64,000 bases of DNA from NCBI GenBank assembly GCA_964388035.1, contig CAYLZE010000002.1, forward strand, positions 1 through 64,000, in the 5' to 3' direction. This document shows positions 11,116 to 20,700 of the stretch, one piece after another; position 1 is the first letter of the stretch; each line of letters starts with the position of its first letter. The position numbers and the translations under genes were made by a program. Under the pieces are notes generated by a model that saw nothing but the letters and a program-made list of their open reading frames with translations, made no database searches and was not told where the DNA came from. Source of the DNA: an uncultured archaeon. Its GTDB lineage: Archaea > Asgardarchaeota > Lokiarchaeia > Sigyniarchaeales > SOKP01.

Positions 11116-13317
11116 ATGAATGTGAAAAAAATGGATTGCGAAAACTTATTAAAATATGCACCAGAACCTGTTATAATTGCAAATTCTAATGGGGAAATCC
11201 TTGAAAAAAATGAAGCTTTTAGAAATCTAATGGATTTTATAAATGATGGGAATAATAACAATTTAACTCTTCAAAATATTATTATATTTAAAAATAAAAA
11301 ACTTCACAAAAAGGATTTGGATCCTTTTTTAAATGAATTAAAAAACTCCAAGAAATGTGTTGAGTTTAATATCGAAATCTCAAAAAAGAAGTCCTTAGAC
11401 GTGGAAGGATTCGCAATTCCCCTTAAAGTCAATAACGAATCTCAAACTTTTATTATTTTTTTTAGAATTTTTAATGATCAACGGATTTCTCAAGAAAAGC
11501 TTAATAAATCCATGGAAGAGTTAGATAAATTATCGGAATCACTGCCAGAGTATCGATTTTGGAATCTCTTGCAAAATAAAACATCGAGTGAATTAATTGA
11601 GAAAAGTCAACAAGAATATGAAATACTTTTCCAAGAAGCACCCATAGGGTTATTGAATAGTAATAAGGAAGGTTTTATCATTAATATTAACAAGGAGGCT
11701 TTAGGGATATTTGGTCTTGAGAATTTGACGCATGAGGTTGATCGATTAAACATTTTATATGATGATCCTTTTAAATTGAGTGGTATTTCTGATATTTTTG
11801 CACGTTGCATAAATAGCAAGGAGATAATCGAGGCTGAAGCTAGAATGATGTTGGAAAGTAAGCATCCAAAGATTTTAAAATTAAAATTAGTACCTTCTAT
11901 TAATAAAAAACAAGATATTACCAATATCTTATCTGTGATAATTGAAATAACAGATTATAAGAAAAAACAAAATCTGATTAAAAAGAAAGTTAAATTAGAG
12001 AGATTAATTTCTCTTATATCTTCAAGATTTTTGAAGGAATTAGATATTGATGCGATAATAAATGAGTCATTAAAAGATATCGGTAGCTTTAGTGGAACCA
12101 GTAGGGCATATCTCTACTTAATTGATGAAAGTAAAAATGTAATGACCAATTCTCATTATTGGTATTCTCCTAAAGTAGATATGCATCAAAGATTTGTCCA
12201 AACCGTTTCCATCAATGATTTCCCTTGGGTGATACAACAGTTTCAAGAGCGAAAAGCTCTTATCATTTCAGATATTTCAAAATTACCTCCAGAAGCAAGC
12301 GCAATAAAAAAGTTCATGGAGACACAAGAAATAAAATCACTTATTGGATCCCCAATCATCATTAAAGAAGATTTGCTTGGAATTATAGGATTAGATAATA
12401 TAAAAAAAGAGAAAAAGTGGAAATCAGAGAATTTATTGCTTTTGCGTCTTTGCTCAGAAATCGTTGGTAATGCACTATTAAGGCAACAATTTTCCAAAAA
12501 ACTGGAATCGCAAGTCAATTTACGGACAAAAGAACTGAATGAAGCGTTGCAACAACAGAAACTTTATGTAGAAGAAATCACAAAAGCATCCCAATTTAAA
12601 ACGGAATTCCTTGCCACCATGTCTCATGAATTGAGGACCCCGCTGAATGCCATTATCGGCTTCACGGACCTATTATTGGAAGAGCTTTATGGCCCTTTAA
12701 ATTCTGAGCAATTGAGTTTTATGAAAGATATAAAATCCTCAGCTGAACATCAATTCGATATGATAAGTCATATCTTAAACATCTCTAAAATCGAATTAGG
12801 TCAAGTAGTATTAAAACCACAAGTCATATCGCTTGGTGAAATAGTTAATCAATTGGTTTCATCCATCAAACCTTTATATGAAAAAAAAGGAATAAATTTT
12901 AAAGTTCAGGGGTTAAAAAGTAATTTAAGAATCATTGCAGATCCTATCAAATTGAAAGAGATTTTATACAATTTATTTAGCAATGCGATTAAATTTACCA
13001 AAAATGGTAAAATTATTTTTAAATTTTCCGAAGATGTGAATAATTGGATATTTTCGGTAGAAGACTCGGGCATTGGCATCGCAGAAAAGGATTATCCTAT
13101 CATATTTAAAGATTTTAAAAGAGTCGATTCTCCCATCGTTAATTCAATTCCCGGGACGGGGTTAGGATTATCCCTTACGAAACGATTAGTCAATTTGCAC
13201 GGAGGCAACATCTTTTTTATAAGTATTATTGGAAAAGGCACAACCTTTACCTTTACTATACCAAAATCAATAACCACCCATAAATTAAGTTCTGAAGATT
13301 TTTTGGGCATTATATAA
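11116..13317 (+). CDS. PAS-PAS-GAF histidine kinase
   Basis: GAF (SRAYLY...IKSLIGSPI...GIIGLD); MSHELRTPLN; NAIKFT; GTGLGL. Confidence 0.95.
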   Translation: MNVKKMDCENLLKYAPEPVIIANSNGEILEKNEAFRNLMDFINDGNNNNLTLQNIIIFKNKKLHKKDLDPFLNELKNSKKCVEFNIEISKKKSLDVEGFAIPLKVNNESQTFIIFFRIFNDQRISQEKLNKSMEELDKLSESLPEYRFWNLLQNKTSSELIEKSQQEYEILFQEAPIGLLNSNKEGFIININKEALGIFGLENLTHEVDRLNILYDDPFKLSGISDIFARCINSKEIIEAEARMMLESKHPKILKLKLVPSINKKQDITNILSVIIEITDYKKKQNLIKKKVKLERLISLISSRFLKELDIDAIINESLKDIGSFSGTSRAYLYLIDESKNVMTNSHYWYSPKVDMHQRFVQTVSINDFPWVIQQFQERKALIISDISKLPPEASAIKKFMETQEIKSLIGSPIIIKEDLLGIIGLDNIKKEKKWKSENLLLLRLCSEIVGNALLRQQFSKKLESQVNLRTKELNEALQQQKLYVEEITKASQFKTEFLATMSHELRTPLNAIIGFTDLLLEELYGPLNSEQLSFMKDIKSSAEHQFDMISHILNISKIELGQVVLKPQVISLGEIVNQLVSSIKPLYEKKGINFKVQGLKSNLRIIADPIKLKEILYNLFSNAIKFTKNGKIIFKFSEDVNNWIFSVEDSGIGIAEKDYPIIFKDFKRVDSPIVNSIPGTGLGLSLTKRLVNLHGGNIFFISIIGKGTTFTFTIPKSITTHKLSSEDFLGII

Positions 13318-13376
13318 AATGTAAAATTGTATAATATATTTACAATGTCTATAAGAGATTAATGATTCTTATATTT

Positions 13377-14654
13377 CTACATCTCAGCTTTTTTAGTCAA
13401 ATCTTTTTTTACAAACATTTCCTTTAATTCAGACATTATCGCCATTCTGACGTTTCCTTCGGGGGGTTGCGTCTTGGGAGGAGGAGTTGATCCTTTTGGC
13501 GGAGACGGAGGTTTAAGCATAGATAATTCGGGGGCGGGGACTCCCTCACTTTCACTTTTTTTTGTTGGTCTTCCTCTTTTTCTCTTTTCCATGGTTTCCA
13601 ACCGTTTTTCCATTTCCATGACATGCGTGCTTAATTGTATCACTGCGTTGATTGCTGATTCCACGAGATTTCCTAATTCTGTTAATTTTAATTGATTTGG
13701 GTCCGTGATATTGGAATGAACAGTCATTGTATTTTTTATTAATTTTGAAAATTCTGGCTCATTAGAAATCATTGAATAGATTGAACTTAAATGCACTTCA
13801 AAATTTAATTCTTTATCCTTCAAGAGCTCTTTGATGTTATCTTTTATGAATTCGATATTTAACAATACCTCTTCGTCTTCTCTGATATCGGGATCAAATT
13901 TATGGAGAAATATTAACACATGGGGAGATTCTCCTAACTTAAGAACTTCATCGATAACTTGAGTAAAATATTTTAAAGATTCTTCATATCGTTCCGGTGC
14001 TTGTAAATCTATTACATATATGAGGAGATTCAATCCGAAGAAATATTTATCCGGAGATGCTAAATATTCATTTCGATGATCCACTTGTCCACCAAAGTCC
14101 CAAATATGAATATTTATATCTTTCGTGCGTACTTCTTGCCGGCTTATCCCACGGGTGGGTTGCAAAGATGCAAGAGTTTCAATTCCCATTTGTCCTCCAA
14201 ATTTAGATAAAATGGCTGTTTTTCCCGCATTATTAAGTCCCAATACTATAATTTTCTGGTCCGGGACTATTTCAGAAACGGTCTTGCGTTTTATTCTTTG
14301 AATGATCAAGCTAATAGTTATGCCTTTTTTTAATCGTTCTTTAAATTCAGGATCTTTCTTTTTGATTTCATTAATAAGTGCCTGCTTTTTTTTATTTCGC
14401 TTAATTTTACTAAAGGGCTTTTCTTGGTCTAAACTGGCTAAATCTTTAATAGTCTCAATTTTAAATAAGTTCCAAATTAAATCAGCATCTTCCTTAGAAA
14501 GAAATTTAAAAGCTATTAAAGGAAGAATTTCTATTTTTTTAATGGATTTTAATGATGTTGAATCTATATTTTCAGTGTCAAGAAATCTCTCAATTAGCTT
14601 TATTTTTTCTGTTTCTTCTTTACCCATAATATTTGTAGAATTTTTGATTTTCAT
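13377..14654 (-). CDS. Rag/Arf-like small GTPase with N-terminal HhH-like region and C-terminal coiled coil plus Pro-rich tail
   Basis: G1 GLNNAGKT, G2 PTRG, G3 WDFGGQ, G4 HKFD; FKIETIKDLA; PPSPPKGSTPPPKTQPP. Confidence 0.9.
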   Translation of the reverse strand: MKIKNSTNIMGKEETEKIKLIERFLDTENIDSTSLKSIKKIEILPLIAFKFLSKEDADLIWNLFKIETIKDLASLDQEKPFSKIKRNKKKQALINEIKKKDPEFKERLKKGITISLIIQRIKRKTVSEIVPDQKIIVLGLNNAGKTAILSKFGGQMGIETLASLQPTRGISRQEVRTKDINIHIWDFGGQVDHRNEYLASPDKYFFGLNLLIYVIDLQAPERYEESLKYFTQVIDEVLKLGESPHVLIFLHKFDPDIREDEEVLLNIEFIKDNIKELLKDKELNFEVHLSSIYSMISNEPEFSKLIKNTMTVHSNITDPNQLKLTELGNLVESAINAVIQLSTHVMEMEKRLETMEKRKRGRPTKKSESEGVPAPELSMLKPPSPPKGSTPPPKTQPPEGNVRMAIMSELKEMFVKKDLTKKAEM

Positions 14655-14722
14655 GTAAAAAAAAATTAATTCACAGTGGTAATAATAATCCTATTTTATA
14701 AATTTAAGGAAAAGCAAAATCT

Positions 14723-15400
14723 TCAAATCAATTTGAAGATCTCCAATACAAATTGACTAATATTTAATATTTTCAATAGGGGTTCAAAACGGGAGAAATC
14801 AAAAAATTTAAGCAGGTATCCATCAGCTTCTGTTTCCTTCAATCTTTTTATAACTTCAGTCTTAGGTATAGCTGTAATATAATATATTAAAGCATTACTG
14901 AGCCTTTCTGTCTCTCGAATTTTCTTACATGAGCTAAATCCATCGATGTCGGGTTTCATAATATCAATTAAAATAACTCTTGGAAATTATCGCTCTAATT
15001 CTTCCAAACACCTTGTTCCTGTTCTAGTACCTTTAAAACTTATTCCAAAAGATTCAAAATAATCTTTTAAAAGCAATATTGTCGATTGATCATCATCAAC
15101 TATTAAAATGTCATATGTTTGTTTATTATGAGAGGAATTTAGAAAAATTTCATCAATATGTCTCCCTAACGGTTTGCCTTTTAAATCAACTTCAAAATAT
15201 CCCTCAACCATATTTTCCATAATCTCCCGATATTTCATTTCACTCTTTTTCAATAAATCAACGCTTCTTTCTAACAGATCTAAATTATCTTTACTTTGAG
15301 AAAGGTTCGATAAACGTATTTCGGGTATTTTGGAAGAGAGATTTTCTAATTCGGATTTCATCTTATTTAACTCTTCCTTTAATTGTCTTATATCCCTTGT
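14723..15400 (-). pseudogene. Chimeric relic: PAS-kinase fragment fused to a response-regulator fragment, with an in-frame stop
   Basis: SKIPEIRL...EGYFEVDLKG matches 7964..9646; IDEIFLN...DDD...ER*FPRVILIDIMKPDIDG matches 18670..19434; TAA at 14987-14989 separates two same-frame ORFs. Confidence 0.85.
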
Positions 15401-15405
15401 ACTCG

Positions 15406-15442
15406 TAGGAAACCCTTCCCTTCAGGGAGGGGGGTCATTTCA
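15406..15442 (+). mobile_element. Possible IS200/IS605-family end remnant (subterminal hairpin)
   Basis: TAGGAAACCCTTCCC-TTCA-GGGAGGGGGGTCATTTCA: GC-rich hairpin in AT-rich DNA, ending in TTCA, at the truncation point of the relic. Confidence 0.55.
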
Positions 15443-15695
15443 TGAATAAAAAGGAAAAGAAGAGAAAATTTAAAAAAAATAGGTTTAATAAAGGATAATT
15501 TCATTAATTTTTTATAAAAATGGTTTTTAAATATAGTATAGATCTAAATAGAAAGAGAATCCAAAATAAGATTTTATAAATTCCCTCCCTTCATAAAAAA
15601 ATGTATTTCTTTGCACTATTATCATTATTAGGCGCTTTATTTACATTTTTCTTGGGTACATTTATTTTAGCAAAAAGTAACAAGCAAAAATTAAA

Positions 15696-15863
15696 TCTCC
15701 TTATGTTGCCTCTACTTCAGGAACAGGTTTGGGATTGGCTTTAACAAAGAGATTAGTAAACTTGCAAGGTGGCGAAATTGGTTTTAACAGTATTTTGAGA
15801 AAAGGAACAACTTTCTTTTTCACAATTCCTAAAATAAAAGCTCAATTATCCATGAAAATTTAA
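15696..15863 (+). pseudogene. Histidine kinase HATPase C-terminal remnant
   Basis: SPYVASTSGTGLGLALTKRLVNLQGGEIGFNSILRKGTTFFFTIPK; no upstream gene body. Confidence 0.9.
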
Positions 15864-15900
15864 TTATTAATAGTCTTGATGATCGAATAGGATAGATAAA

Positions 15901-16000
15901 AATGTTTTAAAATACTCACCAGAACCAATTTTTATTGTCAATCTAAAGGGAGAAATATTAGACGGTAATGAGTATTTTGAAAGGATTATTGATAAAAAAA
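15901..16000 (+). pseudogene. N-terminal PAS remnant of a kinase paralogous to 11116..13317
   Basis: NVLKYSPEPIFIVNLKGEILDGNEYF vs NLLKYAPEPVIIANSNGEILEKNEAF. Confidence 0.8.
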
Positions 16001-16004
16001 CAAC

Positions 16005-16106
16005 AGGTACTACTTCAGAAATAGTCTTATTTCGGATTCTTTGAATAATTAAACTAATTGTGATCGCTTTTTTAACTCTTTCTTCGAACTCAGGCTCTTT
16101 ATGCAA
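16005..16106 (-). pseudogene. Remnant of a GTPase paralogous to 13377..14654
   Basis: KEPEFEERVKKAITISLIIQRIRNKTISEVVP vs KDPEFKERLKKGITISLIIQRIKRKTVSEIVP. Confidence 0.9.
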
Positions 16107-16294
16107 AAATTTTATTCGATTCTAAAAGTCTTTAACAATACATATTATAAAAAAAAATAATGAATTTAACAATCCTTAGTTAAAAATGAACTATCAAAAA
16201 AAGAATATATAAAGATTTAAATTTATTTATTACTACCTTTTTGTTAAAATAGTTTAATGAAATTTCCTCTATCTTTAAATTAAAAATATTCCCA

Positions 16295-18658
16295 ATGAGA
16301 GAAATGAGTAAGAAATCCATTAATATTGCATTAATTGAAGATAATTCCGGTGATGTTCGTCTAATCATGGAGTATCTAAAAGAGACAGAATTTATTACAT
16401 CATCGTTGCAGCATTTTGGAACTCTTTCTGAAGCATTAAAGATGATTAATAAGAATAATCTGGATGTGATTCTTTTAGATCTGAATCTACCCGATAGTTT
16501 TGGAATGAATACCATAGAAAAAATTCTTTCGAATATAAAAGAGGTTCCAATTATTGCATTAACAATGATAAACGAGCAGTCCATCGCAATCGAAGCTTTA
16601 AAAAAGGGAATTCAAGATTATCTTGTTAAGGAATATCTTGATAGCTACAATTTGATAAGAGCTATAACATTTGCTATAGAACGAAAAAAAATTGAAAATA
16701 CTCGTATAAAAAAAGATAGCGAATTAAAAGGATTATATAAAGAACTCGAAGGGATGTTTAGCAAAAACAAGCAAGATTTGAGAGGAGTAAAAAAAGGTTA
16801 TACCTCATTATTACAGGAATTTGATTTGATAATAGATTCAATTCCCGGCATGATCTTTTATAAGGATGACAAGAATAATCTTTTAAAAGTTAATGCATAT
16901 TTTGCGGCTACTCACGGATTTGCTAAAGAAGAGTTTGAAGAGAAAAATTGTTGTGATCTATATTCCAATGAATTAGCACAAAAATACTGGAAAGATGATT
17001 TAGAAGTAATTAAAACGGGAAAACCAAAAGAAGGTATAGAAGAGCTTTGGGAAAAAGACGGAGTAAGAAAATGGTTGCTAACTAATAAAATACCGCATTT
17101 TAAAAAGGAGGGAGAAATAGTCGGGATCATTGGATTTTCAATTGATATAACTAAACTTAAAATAACAGAACAAGAATTAATCAAATCCGAAAATGAATAT
17201 CGTACTTTAGTAGAGAGTGCTTTAGAAGGAATTTGGAAAATTGATGAAAATGGAGTCACTACATTTGTTAATCAAAGGATGGAGGAAATTTTTGGATATA
17301 AGAAGAATGAGATGATCGGTAAACACTTATTTGAATTTATGGATAAAAATTCAGTGGAATTATGCAAATATTATTTAAAACGTAGAGAACAAGGTATTGG
17401 TGAAATCCACGATTTTGAATTCATTCGCAAAGATGGAACCAAGATACATGCACAATTAAAAGCAAATCCGATTTTCGACGAAAAAGGAATTTATAAAGGG
17501 GCGTTAGCTTATCTTTCTGACATTTCTAAACAAGTAAAATTCGAAAAAGAATTACAGGATAGCCTGATCTTATTCGAAAAAACCCTTAATAGCATGCCGG
17601 ATGCTATTTTTATTCTAAACACAGATGATCCCCCTTTAATACTAAGTTGTAATCATGCAGCCGAAGAAATGTTTGATTATACTTTTAGGGAATTAATTGG
17701 AAAAGACATTACTATCTTATACAGAGATCTTGAACATTATAATCTTTTTCAACAATACACTTATGCCGATATAAAACAAGCGGGACTAATAAGGAATTTT
17801 AGATTCAAAATGAAAAAAAAAGGAGGATCAATTTTTCCTACTGAACATACTATTTTTCGCACACATGACGAGGAGAAAAAACCCACAGGATGGATTAGCT
17901 TTGTACATGATTTAACTGAAGTTCAAGATGTGGAAAAAAGATCCAAAGAACTTGAAAATTTAAGAAATGATTTTGTATACCGAGCTTCTCATGAATTAAA
18001 AACACCTCTCACCTCTATCTATAGTGCAACACAATTATTAAATTCTGATTTTAACGATTTATCTCCAAATCGTGCAAAAAAATTAATTGCAATTATATAT
18101 GATGGCGCCAAAAGATTGAGGAGGTTAATTGAGAATCTTTTAGATATTTCTAGAATAGAATCTGATCAAATGAAATTAGAATTTTCAAGGATAGAAATCA
18201 ACGCCATTATCCATAAGACAATACAATCATTGGAATTTCTTATTGAAGAAAGGAATTTATCATTAAAACTTACTCTACCCGATAAAATTATCATTAATAT
18301 TGATGAGAATCGGATTGAACAAGTATTCATTAATATATTATCTAATGCGATAAATTATACTCCTCCTGGTGGAGAGATCACTATAAAATTAGAAGACTTA
18401 AAAGAATATTTAATGATTATAATACAAGATACGGGGATTGGATTTACACCGGAAGAGATAAAAAAAAGTTTTAAGAAATTTGGTAAAATAGAAAGATTTG
18501 GAGAAGGAATGGAAATTATTACAGAAGGTTCTGGGTTAGGATTATATATCTCAAAAGAAATTGTAATGAACCATGGAGGCACCATGTGGATTGAATCGGA
18601 AGGACGAAATAAAGGGTCTTCAATATTTATAAAATTGCCGAAAAAGCAAATCAATTAA
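16295..18658 (+). CDS. REC-PAS-PAS-PAS hybrid histidine kinase
   Basis: IEDN...LLDLNLPD receiver; ASHELKTPL; NAINYT; GSGLGL. Confidence 0.95.
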   Translation: MREMSKKSINIALIEDNSGDVRLIMEYLKETEFITSSLQHFGTLSEALKMINKNNLDVILLDLNLPDSFGMNTIEKILSNIKEVPIIALTMINEQSIAIEALKKGIQDYLVKEYLDSYNLIRAITFAIERKKIENTRIKKDSELKGLYKELEGMFSKNKQDLRGVKKGYTSLLQEFDLIIDSIPGMIFYKDDKNNLLKVNAYFAATHGFAKEEFEEKNCCDLYSNELAQKYWKDDLEVIKTGKPKEGIEELWEKDGVRKWLLTNKIPHFKKEGEIVGIIGFSIDITKLKITEQELIKSENEYRTLVESALEGIWKIDENGVTTFVNQRMEEIFGYKKNEMIGKHLFEFMDKNSVELCKYYLKRREQGIGEIHDFEFIRKDGTKIHAQLKANPIFDEKGIYKGALAYLSDISKQVKFEKELQDSLILFEKTLNSMPDAIFILNTDDPPLILSCNHAAEEMFDYTFRELIGKDITILYRDLEHYNLFQQYTYADIKQAGLIRNFRFKMKKKGGSIFPTEHTIFRTHDEEKKPTGWISFVHDLTEVQDVEKRSKELENLRNDFVYRASHELKTPLTSIYSATQLLNSDFNDLSPNRAKKLIAIIYDGAKRLRRLIENLLDISRIESDQMKLEFSRIEINAIIHKTIQSLEFLIEERNLSLKLTLPDKIIINIDENRIEQVFINILSNAINYTPPGGEITIKLEDLKEYLMIIIQDTGIGFTPEEIKKSFKKFGKIERFGEGMEIITEGSGLGLYISKEIVMNHGGTMWIESEGRNKGSSIFIKLPKKQIN

Positions 18659-18669
18659 AACTTTCAAAA

Positions 18670-19434
18670 TTATTCACGATTATAATCAACTTCTAACATT
18701 TCCAATAATGGATTGAATACTGAAAAATCAAATGGTTTTAAAATATATCCATCAGCTCCCGTTTCTTTAAGTTTCTTTCTTACTTCTGTATGAGGTATGG
18801 CTGTTATATAATATATTAACACCCTTTGAAATTCCTTTTTTGCTTTTATAATTTTACACAATTCAAATCCATCAATATCTGGAATCATTATATCTAATAA
18901 AATTAGCTTTGGAATAGCTTTTTCAATTTCTTCTAAACAACTTTTTCCTGTTCGAACTCCATAACAGATTATACCATAAGAGTCGAAAAAATCTTTTAGA
19001 ACCATAATAGTAGGAGCATCATCATCAACCAATAAAACATCATACTTTTGACTTTTATCAACCGTATTAAGAAAGATCTCATCAATTTTTCTTTCCAATA
19101 ATTTGCTCTGTTCATAAATCTCCTTAATTCTTATTAATACATCAGGAGATACCTTGTCAGCATGATGTTGTAAGATGATGTGGGAAAATCCATTTATCAC
19201 AGTTAAAGGTTCTTTTAGCATGTGAGATATTTTATTCGATTCTTCGAAATAAGAAATTCTTGGTGAATTCTTAATGTAAAAATCGACTGAGTTACGAATT
19301 AATTTTGATATAGATGTAAATTCTTTTGCATCGGCAAATTCCTGCCATTTATTTTTTGATTCTTCAGAAATTAATAAGGTAATTCTTTCGTTTTTTTTTT
19401 CACTCTTTAAGTGATCTTGACTTTTTTCTACCAC
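18670..19434 (-). CDS. RHH - HisKA(DHp) - REC response regulator (no HATPase)
   Basis: ERITLLISEESKNKWQEFA...SISKLIRNSV (ribbon-helix-helix pattern); ISHMLKEPLTVINGF; VDDD...LLDIMIPD...KPF. Confidence 0.85.
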   Translation of the reverse strand: MVEKSQDHLKSEKKNERITLLISEESKNKWQEFADAKEFTSISKLIRNSVDFYIKNSPRISYFEESNKISHMLKEPLTVINGFSHIILQHHADKVSPDVLIRIKEIYEQSKLLERKIDEIFLNTVDKSQKYDVLLVDDDAPTIMVLKDFFDSYGIICYGVRTGKSCLEEIEKAIPKLILLDIMIPDIDGFELCKIIKAKKEFQRVLIYYITAIPHTEVRKKLKETGADGYILKPFDFSVFNPLLEMLEVDYNRE

Positions 19435-19846
19435 TCACGGTTACCTTCGTATTATTTAATCAATTCACATATTTATTTAAGATAATATTATACTACATTC
19501 TAATTTATTTTTTCAATTAGCAATTATATTTTCTTCTGATTTTAATTGCTTATGAATTATATAATGTATTAAGGGGGTTATTTGGTTTTTTCTTTATCTA
19601 ATATTATAATAAGGCATGATCATTAATTAAATTATTGCAATTTTCTATTGTTTTTATAGGAGAGATTGTCATAAAAAGTATTGATAAATATGGAATGTGA
19701 TATGCTTTTTAGGATTTCCTTAAGGATCATTATAATTAGACTTAAATTTATCTATAAATTCTATTATTATAATAATAAAAGAACATGAAAAATACTGTAT
19801 ATTATAAGGATTATAAAAGAAATTTATAATAAAACTGGACTTTACG

Positions 19847-20491
19847 ATGGATATTACATATAAGTTACACAAAGACGATTTGGAGAAATTGCCATTCTTG
19901 GTAATAATTGGAAAGTATGATCAGATTTTGGGGCCTAGAGCCCTTTATTCTTCTGTCGAAATGAAGGATGGAGAATTTATTAGAAATCTGCTGAGGGATG
20001 CTTTAAATACTAAAAATAAATTTGTCATTTTAGATTTTTATAAATTTTACTCTCAAATATGTAAGATTGAAGTGGAAGATAAAAATGCTCGAGGTGGAAA
20101 ACAACTATATGCTCTTATTTTATTACGTCATGAAGATTATCCCATGATTCCTATACTTCATTTTAAAAAGATTGAAATGATGTTTCATAAAATTGGAAAT
20201 AAAAAAATACTCTCTGATGATTTAAAAGCTTTTAAGAAATTCATAGATGAAGTAAAGGAAATTTACATTGATAAGAGCACGATCCTCCCTCTTGAATCGA
20301 TAAACCTCCAAATACGCAGTGGTATAAATACTATCCAAGGATTCTGTGAACTTATATTGGAAGAAAAACGAAATGATGGTAAAATTTCCGAAGATACCAT
20401 TCAAACATACCTTGAATTGATGTTAGATTCATGTGATGATATTATTGAAACATTAGAAGGAGATAACTTAAATGGTTCTATTAATAAATAA
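19847..20491 (+). CDS. uDENN/longin-like domain fused to a His-less HisKA-like helical hairpin
   Basis: YDQILGPRALY and EDKNARGGKQLYALILL; C-terminal INLQIRSGINTIQGFCELILE aligns with MSHELRTPLNAIIGFTDLLLE. Confidence 0.75.
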   Translation: MDITYKLHKDDLEKLPFLVIIGKYDQILGPRALYSSVEMKDGEFIRNLLRDALNTKNKFVILDFYKFYSQICKIEVEDKNARGGKQLYALILLRHEDYPMIPILHFKKIEMMFHKIGNKKILSDDLKAFKKFIDEVKEIYIDKSTILPLESINLQIRSGINTIQGFCELILEEKRNDGKISEDTIQTYLELMLDSCDDIIETLEGDNLNGSINK

Positions 20492-20700
20492 TCAATCCAT
20501 TAGTAATTGAAGCAAATTTCAGGTTCTTCTAAAAAATAGGAAAGAAAAGAAATATGTACACAAAAAATGAATATCGGTCCAAAGGCAACTAACAAATATT
20601 TAAATAAAAGTTTTTTTATCAAAGAATATGAAAAAAGTAAAAATGACAAAAAAGCAAGACCGCGTTATTAATACATTTTCTTTTTAAATATTTACACCCT

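Noticed and set aside
14987-14989. Stop-codon readthrough or recoding in the chimeric REC ORF
   Set aside because: The stop is TAA, the receiver also lost its KP motif (LKFF), and the surroundings are clearly decayed
15867-16106. 79-aa ORF as a real gene
   Set aside because: It is a GTPase remnant read through into the antisense of a PAS remnant
19762-19777. TATTATTATAATAATA palindrome in the divergent promoter as an RHH operator
   Set aside because: Low-complexity AT sequence, expected by chance here
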